A stretch of 64,000 nt of DNA. It comes from Octopus vulgaris (taxonomy: Eukaryota). The stretch covers positions 44,826,001 to 44,890,000 of the forward strand of contig OX597825.1 in NCBI GenBank assembly GCA_951406725.2, read 5' to 3'. The position numbers and the translations under genes were made by a program. The notes under the pieces are model-generated. The model was given only the letters and a program-made list of their open reading frames with translations, was not told the DNA's origin and ran no database searches. Of this stretch, positions 12,480 through 26,314 are shown in pieces (within the stretch, counting starts at the first letter, position 1; the number at the start of each line of letters is the position of its first letter).

Positions 12480-13317
12480 TTACATATACATATATATACA
12501 CAAGCGTACACACACACACGTACACACATCTATATATATACTTATAAATATGTACACACCCTCACACACACACTCACGCACACGCACACATATATACAAG
12601 GGGCAAAATTAGTAACTTTAGATTTCTCGTTATTTTTTCCCTACCTGTTTGAATGGCAAATGCTGCATCATCATTTTTTAACTTTAGCTCGATTGTAATC
12701 GAGGTGGCTGATAAAATATCTAGATAGTTTTTGGTGTTTAGCAATAAATATTCTTTTCTCTGTTAGTTTCCAAGTCAATTTTTCCCACACTAATGTCTAA
12801 TTTGATAATTTTCAAGTTTCAAAAAAATGATGTAATAAGTAATGACTAATTTGTATAGTTTCTTCACTTTCACTGCATAGTGGACACTCCAGCAGATCGT
12901 GCAGAACCTATAGAGAATATGTTGAGTTTTTTTTTTATTATTTAGTCGAGTTCTGTTGATCTCATATCATGTGCCATTTTTCCATGATCCTCTTTCATTT
13001 GACCTAGATATTTAAACAATGTTTATTTTACATTTCTGGTAGATATTGATGTGTATGAGTCTCTTTTATGGAGAATTGAAGCAACAAATTTATATTATCT
13101 GGTCTTGCTCATTTTCTCCCAGCAAAACTGTCTTCTATATGCTCAAAGAGAACGGCAATGATTTTCTGAAATAGTGATCAGATTATGTTATAATGCTTTT
13201 AATGCATTTAGAAAAGACCATTTGCTTTACTGATAGAGATTTTGTAAGGTAGTGAACATTTGTAAAAATATATTTTATCTTAAAGTCAAGGATGCAGTAA
13301 TAACACCTCGTGTTGCT

Positions 13318-13512
13318 CGCTTAATTATGATGCGTGATGCGCAGTTGAGTGAGAGACCAACGAAACTCATTGTAACACCAAAGATAAACTGAAGTCATGG
13401 ATTGTAGCAGCGTTCACCATCTTAAACAAAGGGATCGTCCGAAAGAGGTGCAAGAGATTCCGAAGTCGTCTGGAAAGCCGTGGTTGAAGCCAATGGCGAT
13501 TTTATTGAATAA
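13318..13512 (+). pseudogene. Tc1/mariner (maT/DD37D-like) transposase C-terminal fragment
   Basis: ETNETHCNTKDKLKSWIVAAF...CKRFRSRL..VVEANGDFIE*. Confidence 0.7.
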
Positions 13513-13890
13513 ATTTACTCTTTAGTATTTCAAGATATTTTTATGCAATTTTGGTAAATATATTTTGGTTGAGCGTTCTGTATCTAGTTCTGGAAATTAT
13601 GTTTTATAAACGACAGGCTATGCAGATGATCTTGCAGATGTTTGCGTGTCCATATACGTAAATATTAACAAGTGAAACCAATGGTACATAGATAATCGCT
13701 TTTTATTTCGTATATTTTCATTTGTTTTGCTTATTTTTACATTTTGGTTTTTTGCTGAGATTTTTCTTGAGAACACATTCTTCGTGGTAATGGAGATTTG
13801 ACGTCTATGTTTAGCATATAGGCTGTCCACTTTTAGTAGTCAGTCCTCTAAATTTTGTATATATGTACATACACACACACACACACAAAC

Positions 13891-13966
<76 letters not shown>

Positions 13967-14261
13967 ATGTATGTATGTATATAAATATAGTGTACGTTTA
14001 AAGAATTGTTCGAAGGAATGCCGGTATTTTTTGGTGCCGACAAAAACTGCACTTGCGCGGTGGATTTGAAAAATTATAATCTATAAGCAAGAGGCACGTG
14101 CTGAATTTGCCTCGTACTTATATGTTTAATCTATGCGTACCTGTTGAAAACTTCGCCAAGGAAATGATATATTATTTGCTAAAAAAAAGGCAGAAACCAT
14201 GATCCACGAAATAGATGGTAAATATTTTTATTTTTCATTCCCTTCGAGTTTTTATTCCTAA

Positions 14262-14382
14262 CTAGCAGTATAACCCGGCTTTGCCCGGGATTAAGTTACG
14301 ATTATTAAGCTGATCAAATTCTTTCTTTCAAACCAAACTAAGTACTGTCGACGTTAAATTTGGACGAGATCCGTTGAAATTG

Positions 14383-14436
<54 letters not shown>

Positions 14437-15088
14437 AATAATATAAATATATATGGGCAAAACAGACACACACACGAACACACATACACACACGTACGTA
14501 CGTACACCTGTACACCTATTGCATATATGTTTTGTGCACGCATACATGTTCATAAAGAGAAATGAATGGAAAAAATGTTGGTAAATTTGTAGATTTGCAC
14601 GATTTTCACTAAGAAAACAAATAGGGGTTTTTGCGTTGAAGCAACTACTCTGGCCTCGTAATATGCTACAAAACCCTTTTTTTGCTCCGAAAAATGGAGT
14701 GGGGTGTGGCAGAAGCCTCGGAAATTGTAACCATTTATATTGTGTAATTCACTAACAAATTGTTACCTACTTCTTTGTTTCTTTGCTGTAAATGGATTTG
14801 CTGTAAATGGATTCTCAACAAAACATTTTTACCTCCGCATAAAATAAAAACAAAACTCTTTCGCGCCCAAAGTAATGTGTGTGAGAGAGAGAGAGAGGGG
14901 GGAGACAGATGAACGATTTAAAATAAATGATCTAAAATAAATATATTTTAATTGTTGTGTGAGAAAGTGTATATAATCTCATAATAAAATATAGTGTCTT
15001 TCAAAAACATCCTAAATTTGAAGACTATATCTCGTGTTTAAGAAAAACAAAACATTTTACATTTTATTTTTTATGAACGCTGTCACTT

Positions 15089-15126
<38 letters not shown>

Positions 15127-15267
15127 ACTTTGTCTTTACCTTTTTTGTTAGACGCTGTCAAACTCACTCAAGGGAGAGTGGGAACTCTCCCTTACACATA
15201 CTTTTTCTTTACTTTTTGTTAGACGTTCGGAAACACTCTCTCTCCCTCACACACATACATCAACACA

Positions 15268-15312
<45 letters not shown>

Positions 15313-15601
15313 ACACACACAAACTTTCGCTTGACTATGGCTAGAAGGAACTTAACTCATGTTAGCAACCTTCAAAATTCGTAAAAGCTATGGTTGAAAA
15401 TAGATTTTTACCGCTATCCGCGGGTGCCTCAGGAAAAAAATAAGTTGACAAAACCCAGGTAGGATGGTGACGAATGTCCTCCTAAAACTGAAGCGACATG
15501 CGAGCTAATTTGTGGACGTGCATAAATTACATTCACACAAACACACACACACACATACACATACACACACACACACACATCCTGCCTTTTATAGACACAG
15601 A
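14262..15601 (-). mobile_element. Non-autonomous Helitron family H1, copy 2
   Basis: CTAG and hairpin at 14262-14289, TC end at 15601, colinear with 8171-9514. Confidence 0.85.
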
Positions 15602-15731
15602 TAGTGGTTTGGACTTTAGCTGTTCCTTCTAGCGTGAAAGGAATCCTATGAAGGAAACCTCTTATGTGCTTAAATGTACACTGTATTTAGGTAAATCCAA
15701 TGAATTTAGGTAAATAAACCTTCCAAAAGAT

Positions 15732-15836
15732 GGTCAGCAGCGTCGCCTGCAGGGTTCGGCTTCTCCACATTGATAAGGGGAAACTACCCCGAAACTAGTT
15801 CGTGGCTGTCAAACCAGCAAGGCGAAGCTGCTGACC
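15732..15836 (+). ncRNA. Type I hammerhead (U3-A8 core) in an extended hairpin; divergent HHR-repeat copy
   Basis: ccaca-TTGATAA-gggg-aaacta-cccc-GAAA-ctag-TT-cgtgg. Outer stems GGTCAGCAGC/GCTGCTGACC, TCGCC/GGCGA and GGTT/AACC. Confidence 0.8.
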
Positions 15837-15964
15837 TCCCCTGTTCGAAGGTTATAATGGGCACAGGTTTCTGTGTCACATAGCTAGCTAGAGGCAATGG
15901 CTTGTTGGATCTAATCATTTTCCTGGTCTCCCATGTTAGCTTGGCGATAACTATAAATATATAT

Positions 15965-16250
15965 GTAGTTGGAATTTACAAAAACAAATACAAAACAAAA
16001 GATAAAGACGGCTGTGTAAACAACAAACACATGTATTAGTTTAACGCTTGGAAAGTGAGAAAGTCTTTTATGTTTCAAGCCTATACTCTTCAACAGAAAG
16101 GGACACAGAAATAAACAGAGAGAAAATGAAAAAACGGTTTAGTGAATAGCTAGCAATCATGGCAAATGCAGGGCAGAGGTGGTCAGACAGGAGAGCTAGG
16201 AAGAAGGGAAGATAATAAAGTAGTTGTGATCCCAAAACGAAGGTGCGCGT
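15965..16250 (-). mobile_element. PLE pseudo-LTR with minimal HHR-like motif (16065-16100)
   Basis: Minus strand reads cttt-CTGTTGA-agagtataggctt-GAAA-ca-TA-aaag. Homologous to 18935-18970. Confidence 0.55.
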
Positions 16251-16659
16251 TCGTGTATGTGAGAGCGTGTATGTGCGTGTGGATAGAGGCTGGTGACCTT
16301 GGCGTGTGCATGTGTGCATGAGTAGGTGTGTGGATGATGGCTTGGGTGCTGGGAAGTGGTCAGTGCTAGTGTGTGGGGGTGCTGTGATGTGGTTTAGTAT
16401 GGTATGGTGGTGTGTGGTGTGGTGTTCTGGTGTGTGGTGTGGGTGGCATGATGTGGTGTGGTGGTGTATGATGTGGTGGTGTGTGGTGGTGTTGGGGCGT
16501 GGGAAGGTGAGGGTAGGGAGAAGCAAGGGTGGGTGTGGGGTTGAGGTGGGAGGTTGTGAGACTATAATTTAAGGGATGGGTGGGTGGGATGTATAGAGAT
16601 GGTGGGGTGGGGTGGAGTAACGGTGGAGGGAGAGGGTGGAAGGGAAAAGGTGGCTAGGA

Positions 16660-17200
16660 GTGAAGAGAAATTAAAAAAGTTTCCCAGCATTATCAATCCT
16701 TTAAAAATCCCATATTAAGTAATTCGACAGGTCCAAGTAAATATATATGGGAATTGAAATCTGACAAAATAGAATACACCCTGAATTGGAATATCATTAG
16801 TAGAGCGAAGAATAGGTAATAAAATGTGCTTGTTATGCACTATTGAGTTTATGAAAATACTCCAGTCGAAAGAAGTATTACTGAACAGGATTGATGAGAG
16901 GGGGATAAAATGCCGACACAAAAATAGCTTTATTTTATAATAAGATGAAAAATATATGAAAAGATACCCCCCACCAGTATGTAATCTATTAAACAATTAA
17001 TGAGGAAGATATATATATATATTCTTATTTTTAATGAAGATATCTTAGAATTTGTAGGATAAAGTTGGATCCGTTAATAATAATAATAAAAAGAGGAAAA
17101 TAGCCTGAGGATGCACTGGTGGAATTATGTTTTAGGTAAAACAAACCACCAGAGCTGAAACACGTGTAGCGTTGATTCATACTATCTTCTTTCCCCACAG
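16660..17200 (+). mobile_element. Truncated Penelope-like element: GIY-YIG C-terminus plus pLTR with HHR
   Basis: STGPSKYIWELKSDKIEYTLNWNIISRA..CLLC..KCRHKN. HHR at 17101-17172: CTGAGGA, stem II CTGGTGG/CCACCAG, GAAA-CACGTG-TA. Confidence 0.75.
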
Positions 17201-17518
17201 ACTAATAACAGCTAAGGTATATATATTCTTGAAAATATGTGTAAATAATTTATAATTAATTCTAATGTACTTTATTCTTACTGTACGTTACAGTAGGCTT
17301 TAAAATGCTTATATTATTAGATTAGTATTTTTGGATATAATTTTCTATGTGTACTCCAGTAAATAAGGTTGTCCTGAAATTGAAGTTGTTGTCCTATTGG
17401 TAAAATCCCAGATTTGTAATAATAATATTATAATTGATACTGTTTGCTTTGCATTAGTGAAGTTTGAAATAGTAAATATCCTTATAACCTGGAATAATTG
17501 CTATTCCCTAAGTTTTTA

Positions 17519-17601
<83 letters not shown>

Positions 17602-17633
17602 GCAAGATTTTTTATGTGAAATCGTGTGTTGAA

Positions 17634-18465
17634 ACAGATATTGTTGTATTTAGGAATGGTCATTTTGCCAGTTTAGCCAATAAAAACACACGCACTATAT
17701 ATTTGGTGTTACTTTGCTTCAGTGTTATTTATTTTTTACATTAATCTTAATCTTATTTCGGCCAGAGTTCTTTCGTCACACTCCTGTGACCGCATCAGTG
17801 GTCCTTTGTTTTCTTCTTTCTTATTTGTGTCTCTCCTTACCAACGGTCAGCTATTTTGTATTTTGTATTTCTATTGTATGTGTCTTCATTTGCGCATGCG
17901 TATATCTCTATGTGCGTCTATGTTTAGTTAGCGTGTGGGGGGATACCTGTAATATTTGTATCTTCTGTTTATATATGTTCGTGTAATTTGCTTTTGTTTT
18001 TGTTTATTCTTATTTCGTTCATGTGTTTACACCCACTTATTATTATTATTATCATTATTATTATCATTATCATTATTATTATCATTACGTTTGTATGTAT
18101 GTATAACAACAATACTAGTAATCATAATAATAAAAAATTTAAAAATTTAACAAAATGTATATAGTTATTTACTTCCATTTGTTTATTTATCTGTGTATTT
18201 TATTTTAGTATGTTTTCATTTTGTTTATATTGTAACCAGTTTATGAAGATTCTCTTCTGTCATATGTTGTGGTGTGTGCTAGTGTTCCATTCCAGTTTCC
18301 TATTCAGGCTAGGTTTATCTTCTATTATGTGTGTAGCTTCCGTAATTTGTCTGATTGTTGCGTCTGTTCTATTACAAGCACTGAAACAAAGTAACACCAA
18401 ATATATAGTGCGTGTGTTTTTATTGGCTAAACTGGCAAAATGACCATTCCGAAATACAACAATAT
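17634..18465 (-). mobile_element. Truncated Penelope-like element with inverted pLTR
   Basis: ~88-bp inverted arms at 17636-17724 and 18379-18465. EN-like tail RQITEATHIIEDKPSLNRKLEW on the minus strand. HHR-like motif at 17760-17803 (-): CTGATGC-ggtcac..gtgac-GAAA-gaac-TC. Confidence 0.7.
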
Positions 18466-18934
18466 ATATATATATATACTTACACCAACCCTATACATAC
18501 ACACATCCAGACCTCTCATACGCACTTATACTCTCTCTCACACACACACACACACACCTATACATACCAATACGTACTAATACATACTAATACATACTAA
18601 TACATACTAATACATACACCAACCCCATACATACGCACGTCCAGACCAATCTTACGCACTAATACTCTCTCATACACACACACACACACACACACACCCT
18701 TATACATACTAATACATACACCAACCCTATACATACACACATCCAGACCCCTCCCACGCACTTTTAGCTGGTCCCTCAACCCATTTATCAACCCTATTAT
18801 CTCCCCTTATTTCGCTCTCGCGTCTCATGTTTGATCTTTGACCTCTGGCCGAAATCAGATCGCCATGTTGATTCGTTAGCTACTGCACGCATTTTTTTCT
18901 CTCCTTCTTTCTGTGTTTTTCTCTCTCTGTGTAT

Positions 18935-18970
18935 CTTTCTGTTGAAGAGCGTAGGCTCGAAACGTTAAAG
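18935..18970 (+). ncRNA. Minimal HHR-like motif in a PLE pLTR
   Basis: cttt-CTGTTGA-a-gagc-gtag-gctc-GAAA-cg-TT-aaag (A6U core variant). Confidence 0.55.
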
Positions 18971-19130
18971 ACCTGTTTTATTTATATTTCCTGAGCGCCA
19001 TACTAATACAATTGTTCGTTTGTTTTCCACCTGCCTTCGTCTTTTGTTTATTTTCATAAAGCTTCCCGTTATATATATATATATATATATATAACAAAGT
19101 GGAGTTGTGGGTTACCGCACGAGTGGAATT

Positions 19131-20718
19131 ATATACGAAAGAAGGTTTGAAAATTCAATTTAAAAGATGTTTATTTACTTTACCGGTTTCACTCTTTAGA
19201 AAAAGATTGTCAAAAGTAACATGTAGAAGTTTGGTTGCGGTAATTATTGGTTATTACAAATTGCTACATTACAGATATACAGTCTTTGGTAACAGGGACA
19301 TGTTAAGGACATAAAAAAGTTCAACAAGTACCTTAAATTATTGGGCACAAAAGATTTCTATATAAATAATCGTTCTCAAGGACATGCTTAAGATAGTTTC
19401 CAGAAGGAATTGATATTGGTATTGGTATTGTATCTGTATATTCAAACATGCACAGAATATTGGTTGACACAGAGTACTACAATCCATATAAATATACATT
19501 CTTTGGTGACAAGAGCATGTTGAGAATATAAAAAAGTTTAACAAGCTCATTGAAATAATGGGCACAAAAGATTACAACAAATATATTATACATTCTCAAG
19601 ATAATTTCCAGAAGGAATTATTAAAAAAGTTCAATATACACGTACAGGATATTATGAGTTCAAAAATATTTACATTATAATAGTAGTGAAGCTAAAACTG
19701 ACCTGTCCGCTATGGTAGCGTAAAAGAATATTATCTATTTCAAGGGACACAGTAGGTGTGTTTGGTTGGGGGGAAAAGGAGGAGTAATGTGGAACTGAAA
19801 AGAATTTACCCTTTTTTGTCGCTCCTTCAAGCATCAATGATTTAGGGGTCAGGATGGGGTGAGTGTGTGTGTCTTTGTGTGTATGTGTGTGTGTGTGTGT
19901 ATACATATTTGGTGTGAATAGATGTGTCTGTGTGTCTGTAAGATCTGGTAGGATGGTGTGTGTATATGTGTGTCCGTTTGTCAACCGCGTGTGTGGTTGT
20001 CTTGGTGTTGTGTGTGTGTGTGTGTTTATGTATGTGTGTGGATGGCATTTGGCATGGTGTTGCATGTGTATGTGTGTCTGTATCGAGGTGAGATTGGTGT
20101 GAGTATGTGTGTCCTTGTGTGTGTGTATATATATGTATACATGTGTTTGTGTGTGTGGTGGGCTGTTTTTGATTGGTTCCAGGGTCCATTGTGGTGTAAA
20201 TAGATGTGTGTTATTTAAAGAATTTTTGGGGGTAGTATGGTGTGTGTATATGTGTGCCCGTTTGTGTGAGTGTGTGTGTGTGTATGTGTGTGGTTAATGT
20301 TTATTAGTGTGTTGCGTGTGCGTTAGTGTGTATGTGTTTGTTCGTATGTGTGTCCATGTCTGTTGGGTGTTTCTGTGTGGCATGTGTGTATATGCGTTTT
20401 GCGCGCGTTGGTATTGAGTATGTGCCTGTGTGTGTGCGTATATATGGTGTGGGTGTATGTGTCTTTGTGTCTGTATATATATGTATACATGTGTTCATGT
20501 GTGTGTCTGGGCCATATATATATATATCATATATACATATATATATTATACATATATACACTATATATATATACATCACACATACACACATCATATACAC
20601 ATATATATCATATATACATATATATATAACATATATATATTTATATACAATACATATACATATAATATACATACATATAACATACACACACATAACATAT
20701 ATATATAATATATATATA

Positions 20719-20756
<38 letters not shown>

Positions 20757-21568
20757 CATACATATACACAATACATATATACACACAACACATACATATA
20801 TACAGACACACAGACACATCTATTCACGCCACATATGTATACACACACACACGCACACACACAAAGACACACACACTCACCCATCCTGACCCCTAAATCA
20901 TTGATGCTTGAAGGAGAGACAAAAAAAGGGTAAATTCTTTTCAGTTCCACATTAATCCTCCTTTTTACCCCCAACCAAACACACCTACTGTGTCCCTTGA
21001 AATAGATAATATTCTTTTACGCTACCATAGCGGACAGGTCAGTTTTAGCTTCACTACTATTATAATGTAAATCTTTTTGAACTCATAATATTCTGTACGT
21101 GTATATTGAACTTTTTTAATAATTCCTTCTGGAAATTATCTTGAGAATGTATAATATATTTGTTGTAATCTTTTGTAACTTTTTTATATTCTCAACATGC
21201 TCTTGTCACCAAAGAATGTATATTTATATGGATTGTAGTACTCTGTGTCAACCAATATTCTGTGCATGTTTGAATATACAGATACAATACCAATACCAAT
21301 ATCAATTCCTTCTGGAAACTATCTTAAGCATGTCCTTGAGAACGATTATTTATGTAGAAATCTTTTGTGCCCAATAATTTAAGGAACTTGTTGAACTTTT
21401 AACATGTCCCTGTTACCAAAGACTGTATATCTGTAATGTAGCAATTTGTAACAACCAATAATTACCGCAACCAAACTTCTACATGTTACTTTTGACAATC
21501 TTTTTCCAAAGAGTGAAACCGGTAAAGTAAATAAACATCTTTTAAATTGAATTTTCAAACCTTCTTTC

Positions 21569-21575
<7 letters not shown>
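19131..21575. repeat. Large inverted repeat (~800-bp arms) with an HHR motif in each arm
   Basis: 19131-19940 is a near-identical reverse complement of 20801-21575. HHR tactt-TTGACAA-tcttt..aaagagt-GAAA-ccgg-TA-aagta at 21487-21529 (+) and 19176-19218 (-). Confidence 0.9.
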
Positions 21576-21642
<67 letters not shown>

Positions 21643-21659
21643 GAAATATTAAAATTACT

Positions 21660-21911
21660 AAGTCTCTCTAAAAGAGAACAACGGCAGCGTTTCCGGAAAA
21701 TAATAGTTATCGCCATACTAATATGGCATTCTTATAAAAATAAGAAAAAAGCTGTCCGCTTATTAGCTCCATGAGGCCATCGCCTTAAGTTAGCTATATG
21801 GATACAGTTTGTGTATCAAATAGCTAACTTAAGGCGATGGCCTCATGGAGCTAATAAGCGGACAGCTTTATTCTTATTTTTATAAGAATGCCATATTAGT
21901 ATGGCGATAAC

Positions 21912-21916
<5 letters not shown>
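21660..21916. repeat. Palindromic copy of a divergent HHR-repeat conserved domain
   Basis: Arms 21701-21797 and 21820-21916. CGCCATACTAATATGGC and CCATGAGGCCATCGCCTTAAGTTAGCTAT resemble the family domain. Confidence 0.7.
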
Positions 21917-22008
<92 letters not shown>

Positions 22009-22031
22009 CATATATATATATATATACACAC

Positions 22032-22117
<86 letters not shown>

Positions 22118-22509
22118 ATAGCAGAGTATATGAAACAGGGACAACTGATGTAGCGAATGTTCTTTATGTTGCATGTCTCGCTTCTCTGTTTTTTTTTCGT
22201 TGTTCGAAAAAAAGTTCGTTTTCTATGTTTTTGCTTTTATGTTTTTGTCTCTCATTGTGTCCACGTTTTCTGTTATGTCCTGTACCCATATATGCATGTA
22301 TATATACATATATATGTAGGTATGTACATATATGTATATATGCATATATTTATATATTCTTTATATTATATGAACAAACGCAACGCATCCTTTTCCAAGT
22401 AAGTTTTTATATATATATATATATATATATATAATAAAATATTATGGAGTAAATCCAAACTTACAGGGAAAAATTAGATTTAGGATTAAATCTAATTTTA
22501 TAGTATAAT

Positions 22510-22850
22510 TATATATTATATTAAATTAGAGATAAAACAACTATTAGGCAAATTAAACAGTGAAAATCATAAGCCAATATATAGAAATAAAATTAATTAA
22601 AAAATATAAAAAATATAAAAATCCAATTAAAATATTTAAATTAAAGTTAAAATTTTAAAAATTTATTAACTTAATTTAAGTAATTTTTTAAAATTTTAAC
22701 TTTAATTAAATATTTTAATTGGATTTTTATATTTTATATTTTATATTTTTTATATTTCTTAATTAATTTTATTTCTATGTATTGGCTTATGATTTTCACT
22801 GTTTGATTTGCCTAATAGTGGTTTTATCTCTAATTTAATATAATATATAT
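22510..22850. repeat. AT-rich palindrome (~170-bp arms)
   Basis: TTAAATTAGAGATAAAACAACTATTAGGCAAAT... is mirrored by ...ATTTGCCTAATAGTGGTTTTATCTCTAATTTAA. Confidence 0.8.
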
Positions 22851-22856
22851 ATATAT

Positions 22857-22963
22857 AAGCAATAATAAATCTCTGAACGAGGTATAAACAGTAACTGCAC
22901 GACAATGTGAGGTATACTTGCCAACTCATTATGGTTAACCACCAAGGGTGGGTGTTACTGTAG
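22857..22963 (-). repeat. HHR-repeat fragment abutting the Tx1 3' breakpoint
   Basis: Near-identical direct repeat of 28081-28189. Confidence 0.85.
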
Positions 22964-25900
22964 CTCGTGGTAAGTTCTTCTTTTCCAGCCCCATTTTGCT
23001 CTTCAGATGATATCTGAAGTAAGTGAGCAAGCCGGGGCCTGAGACAAAGGATCCTATTGCGACTCCTTCCATTCTTGTACACCACATGCATTCTTTTACT
23101 ACTGCAACCGTGCAGTGAAAACATGCCTCACCTTCCTTCGAGAGTCCAGTTGGCGGTATCATCTTAATCAGAGACTCAGCCGACAGCTGTACTCGTCCCA
23201 GATGCGATAACACGTGTTCTGCGTAACTTATCAAGTCTGACAACTGCCGACAGTGTACAAAAGCGTGCTGGACGGTTTCATCGTCCAACCCGCTTCTTGG
23301 ACATGTCAGTGGCACTGAAATTCCGTGCCGCGATAACTTCTCGCGAACAGGTAAAGCATTCCTATAACACTGCCAGGCCAGGGATCTTTGAAAATTATCC
23401 AAACACCCCGTCCTGAAAGTCTTTTTAAACAGGTTGGTAAGCTGGTCCTCGTCGAACCCCAGAGCCCCTCCTAGGACGTCGTCGTTCTTTGCCTCTACCA
23501 GCCTGCTATAAAATACCGAGGTGGTATTTCCGCAGCCGGCCTTGCCCGCCTTGTGGATAAGCGTGAGTGCCTGTCGGCACTCCTTTTGCCATAAAATCAG
23601 ATTCCGTCTTTTGATGCAACCGGGTTTAAAATTCACTAAGGAAGCCGGTCTCGGGAAAAATTCCCCTGCCAGCGGACTCCACACCTTATCACCCTCCAGG
23701 TGGTGCCAGAGAAGCTTCAGCCTCAACGCATGTCTGCGCATCATCAACCAAGGCATTCCTAACCCACCCTTTAACGGTTCCTGGCAGCAAACGGAGCGCC
23801 TCACAAGTGGCTTTCCTTCCTTCCACAAAAAGCGGAAAAGGATTCGCTCCAACTTGCTAAGCCATGAATCGGGGCAAGGGACAACGGTCAGGCGGTAAGT
23901 GATTACAGATGCTATGAACATCTGTACCACCTCCGCCCTTCCTTTCAAGGACAGAAACCTTCCGGACCAGGTCCGTACTATGGCCTCCACCTTGTCCGTC
24001 ACCTCACTCCAATTCCTCTCCGTTTGGGAGTCTGGCCCAAACCAAACTCCTAGCAACTTAACAGGACCATCTGTCCAGTGTCCCACGGCACTGGACGATA
24101 TCGACTTGCTCCTCCAGGTGCCGAGGCGTAAGCCAATCGACTTGTCCTTGTTAACTTTTGCTCCTGCCACCGCCTCATATCCTCTGATAGCATCTTCTAC
24201 ACAAGGTAGCTGAGCCTCATTGGACACGATGAGGGTGACGTCATCCGCATAAGCAGAAACCGTCCTCCCGCCTCCGATCTCATCCGGGTTACTTCCCAGC
24301 CTCTCCAACTTCCGCAGCAATGGCTCGAGAGCCAACACGTACAAAAGTGGTGACAAGGGACACCCTTGACGAACTGAACATTCGATCGAAAACGGTTCTG
24401 TTAGGTAACCGTTTATCTGGACGGTGGACTTGATGCCGCTATACATAGCGGAGATCCACCCGCGAAATTCAGGGCCCAGTCCAGCCGCTTCGAGGACCGT
24501 CGCCAGGTACTTATGGTCTACCCTATCGAACGCTTTACTTTGGTCTAAATGGACCATTACCCCGCCCTTGCCGGTTAATTTACCCACCCTATCTAAGGCG
24601 TAGCGTATAAGGTGAAGATTGTCCTGGATCGACCTGCCTGGATCGACCTGCCTGGAATTGCTTTCCCTACAAGTTTCTCCACGACAGTCGTCAACCTTTT
24701 TGCCAACACCTTGGCCAAAATCTTTAACTCTACATTAAGTAGAGTTATGGGCCTGTAATTACTAATGTTATCCCCCTTGCTCGGGTCTTTCTGGATCAGC
24801 GTCACCACTCCCCGGCTTACAGAACTGGGAATTCTCCCGTTCTGCTGCCAGTTCGCGTAGACGCCTGCCAGTATTCCCCCGAACAAGTCCGGCATACTTT
24901 GATAAAACTCGTAGGGCAGACCATCCAACCCCGGCGACTTCTCCCCGGCGCATCCGGTCAGTACCCCCTCTATCTCCGCGGGAGTGATCACTCCTTCACA
25001 GCACTCCACCTCACGCCCCGAGAGCCGCGGTCCGCCGGCTAGGAAGTCCTTTAAGGCCCTCCCCCGCTCCAGCGCCCCCCCCCCCCGAACGCGCGGGCAA
25101 AATGCTGGTGAAGAAACTTTTGCATCTCCTCCTGTCCATAGATCTTGTGTCCCTGTTCGTCAGTTAAAGACTTGACTGAAGCTTTGTTACCTCTCTGACT
25201 CTCCACTCGACGGGCCCATCCGGCAACGTTAATACCTTCTCGTTTCCCTGCGCGTAGCTTAGCTCTAACTCTGCAACCTTCGTGTTTGGAGTTGAGGTGA
25301 CGGTACAATACCGTCCTTGCCGCCATCACTCCGGATGCAGAGCCAGATTCCATTGCCTCGTTTAGATTCTTAACTAAATCGTCCTCTATCCTAGACCTAT
25401 CTAACCATAGCTGATTGCTAAATCTAATGGACTCTGAACGAATGGCTCTTTTGAGGGAGTGCCATCATCTATTGTTAATGATGGTGCCACATAATGCCTT
25501 CTGTACTAACACCTTAATCCGGGTACGGAAGTCTTCACAATTCAAAATAGACTTGTTCTGCTTCCAGTACCCGGGTCCCTGTCTATGGCACTTATCTAAT
25601 TGCACCCTACAAGTCACAAATTTGTGATCCGTGTAAGGCACAATGTGAAACTGTGGACAACTAAACGTATCCTTATCTCTTTTCCTAATGAATATCCTAT
25701 CTATATACGATCTGCGTGAGCCGTCGTTGTTACTCCACGTCCACTGTGGAACGCTCGGCTAATCCAGTCGATAACGGTCTACTAGATTAAAGCTCTCTAG
25801 TAGACCCTTGAAGCTAGGGTTCCCCTTCCTATTGGTTGAGCCAACACTGTCGACCCGCGCTTCGAGGACAGTGTTAAAGTCCCCTACTAAGACTACCGTT

Positions 25901-26291
25901 TTCGACGTCACTATAAAGTGCTCCAGATTCCGAAAAAACCTGACTGCCTACACCCATTCGGAGCGTAGACAGCTACCAACCTGAAGGACTGTTTACTTAC
26001 GTGGGTCACATCCAGAACGACCAGCCTGCCTTCTGGGTCCAGAAAGACAGTACTTACCTGCAAGTCCAAGCTCTTCCTGATAAGGACTGCCACGCCCCTT
26101 CCTCCTCCTCGGCTAGGAGAAATAAATTTCTCGAAACCATTTAGAAGAGGCGAGAACGCTTGGGCCCCGTTCATCTTGGACTCGGTTACAATAGCTACGT
26201 CCACTCCGTGTGTTGTGAGGTCGTTCAGGAGACAAATTTGTTTCCATTTCGACCCCATTCCACACACATTCACACAACCCAGCTTTGCCAT
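22964..26291 (-). pseudogene. Tx1 ORF2: APE endonuclease, reverse transcriptase and C-terminal zinc finger (disrupted)
   Basis: Endonuclease: NVCGM, GRLVVLDV, VAVYAPN. RT: KSPGLDGLPYEFY, NYRPITLLN, LDQSKAFDRVDH, VRQGCPLSPLLY, AYADDVT. Zinc finger: CPRSGLDDETVQHAFVHC. Confidence 0.95.
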
Positions 26292-26314
26292 TGTCGGAGA
26301 GAGAAAAAAAAAAC

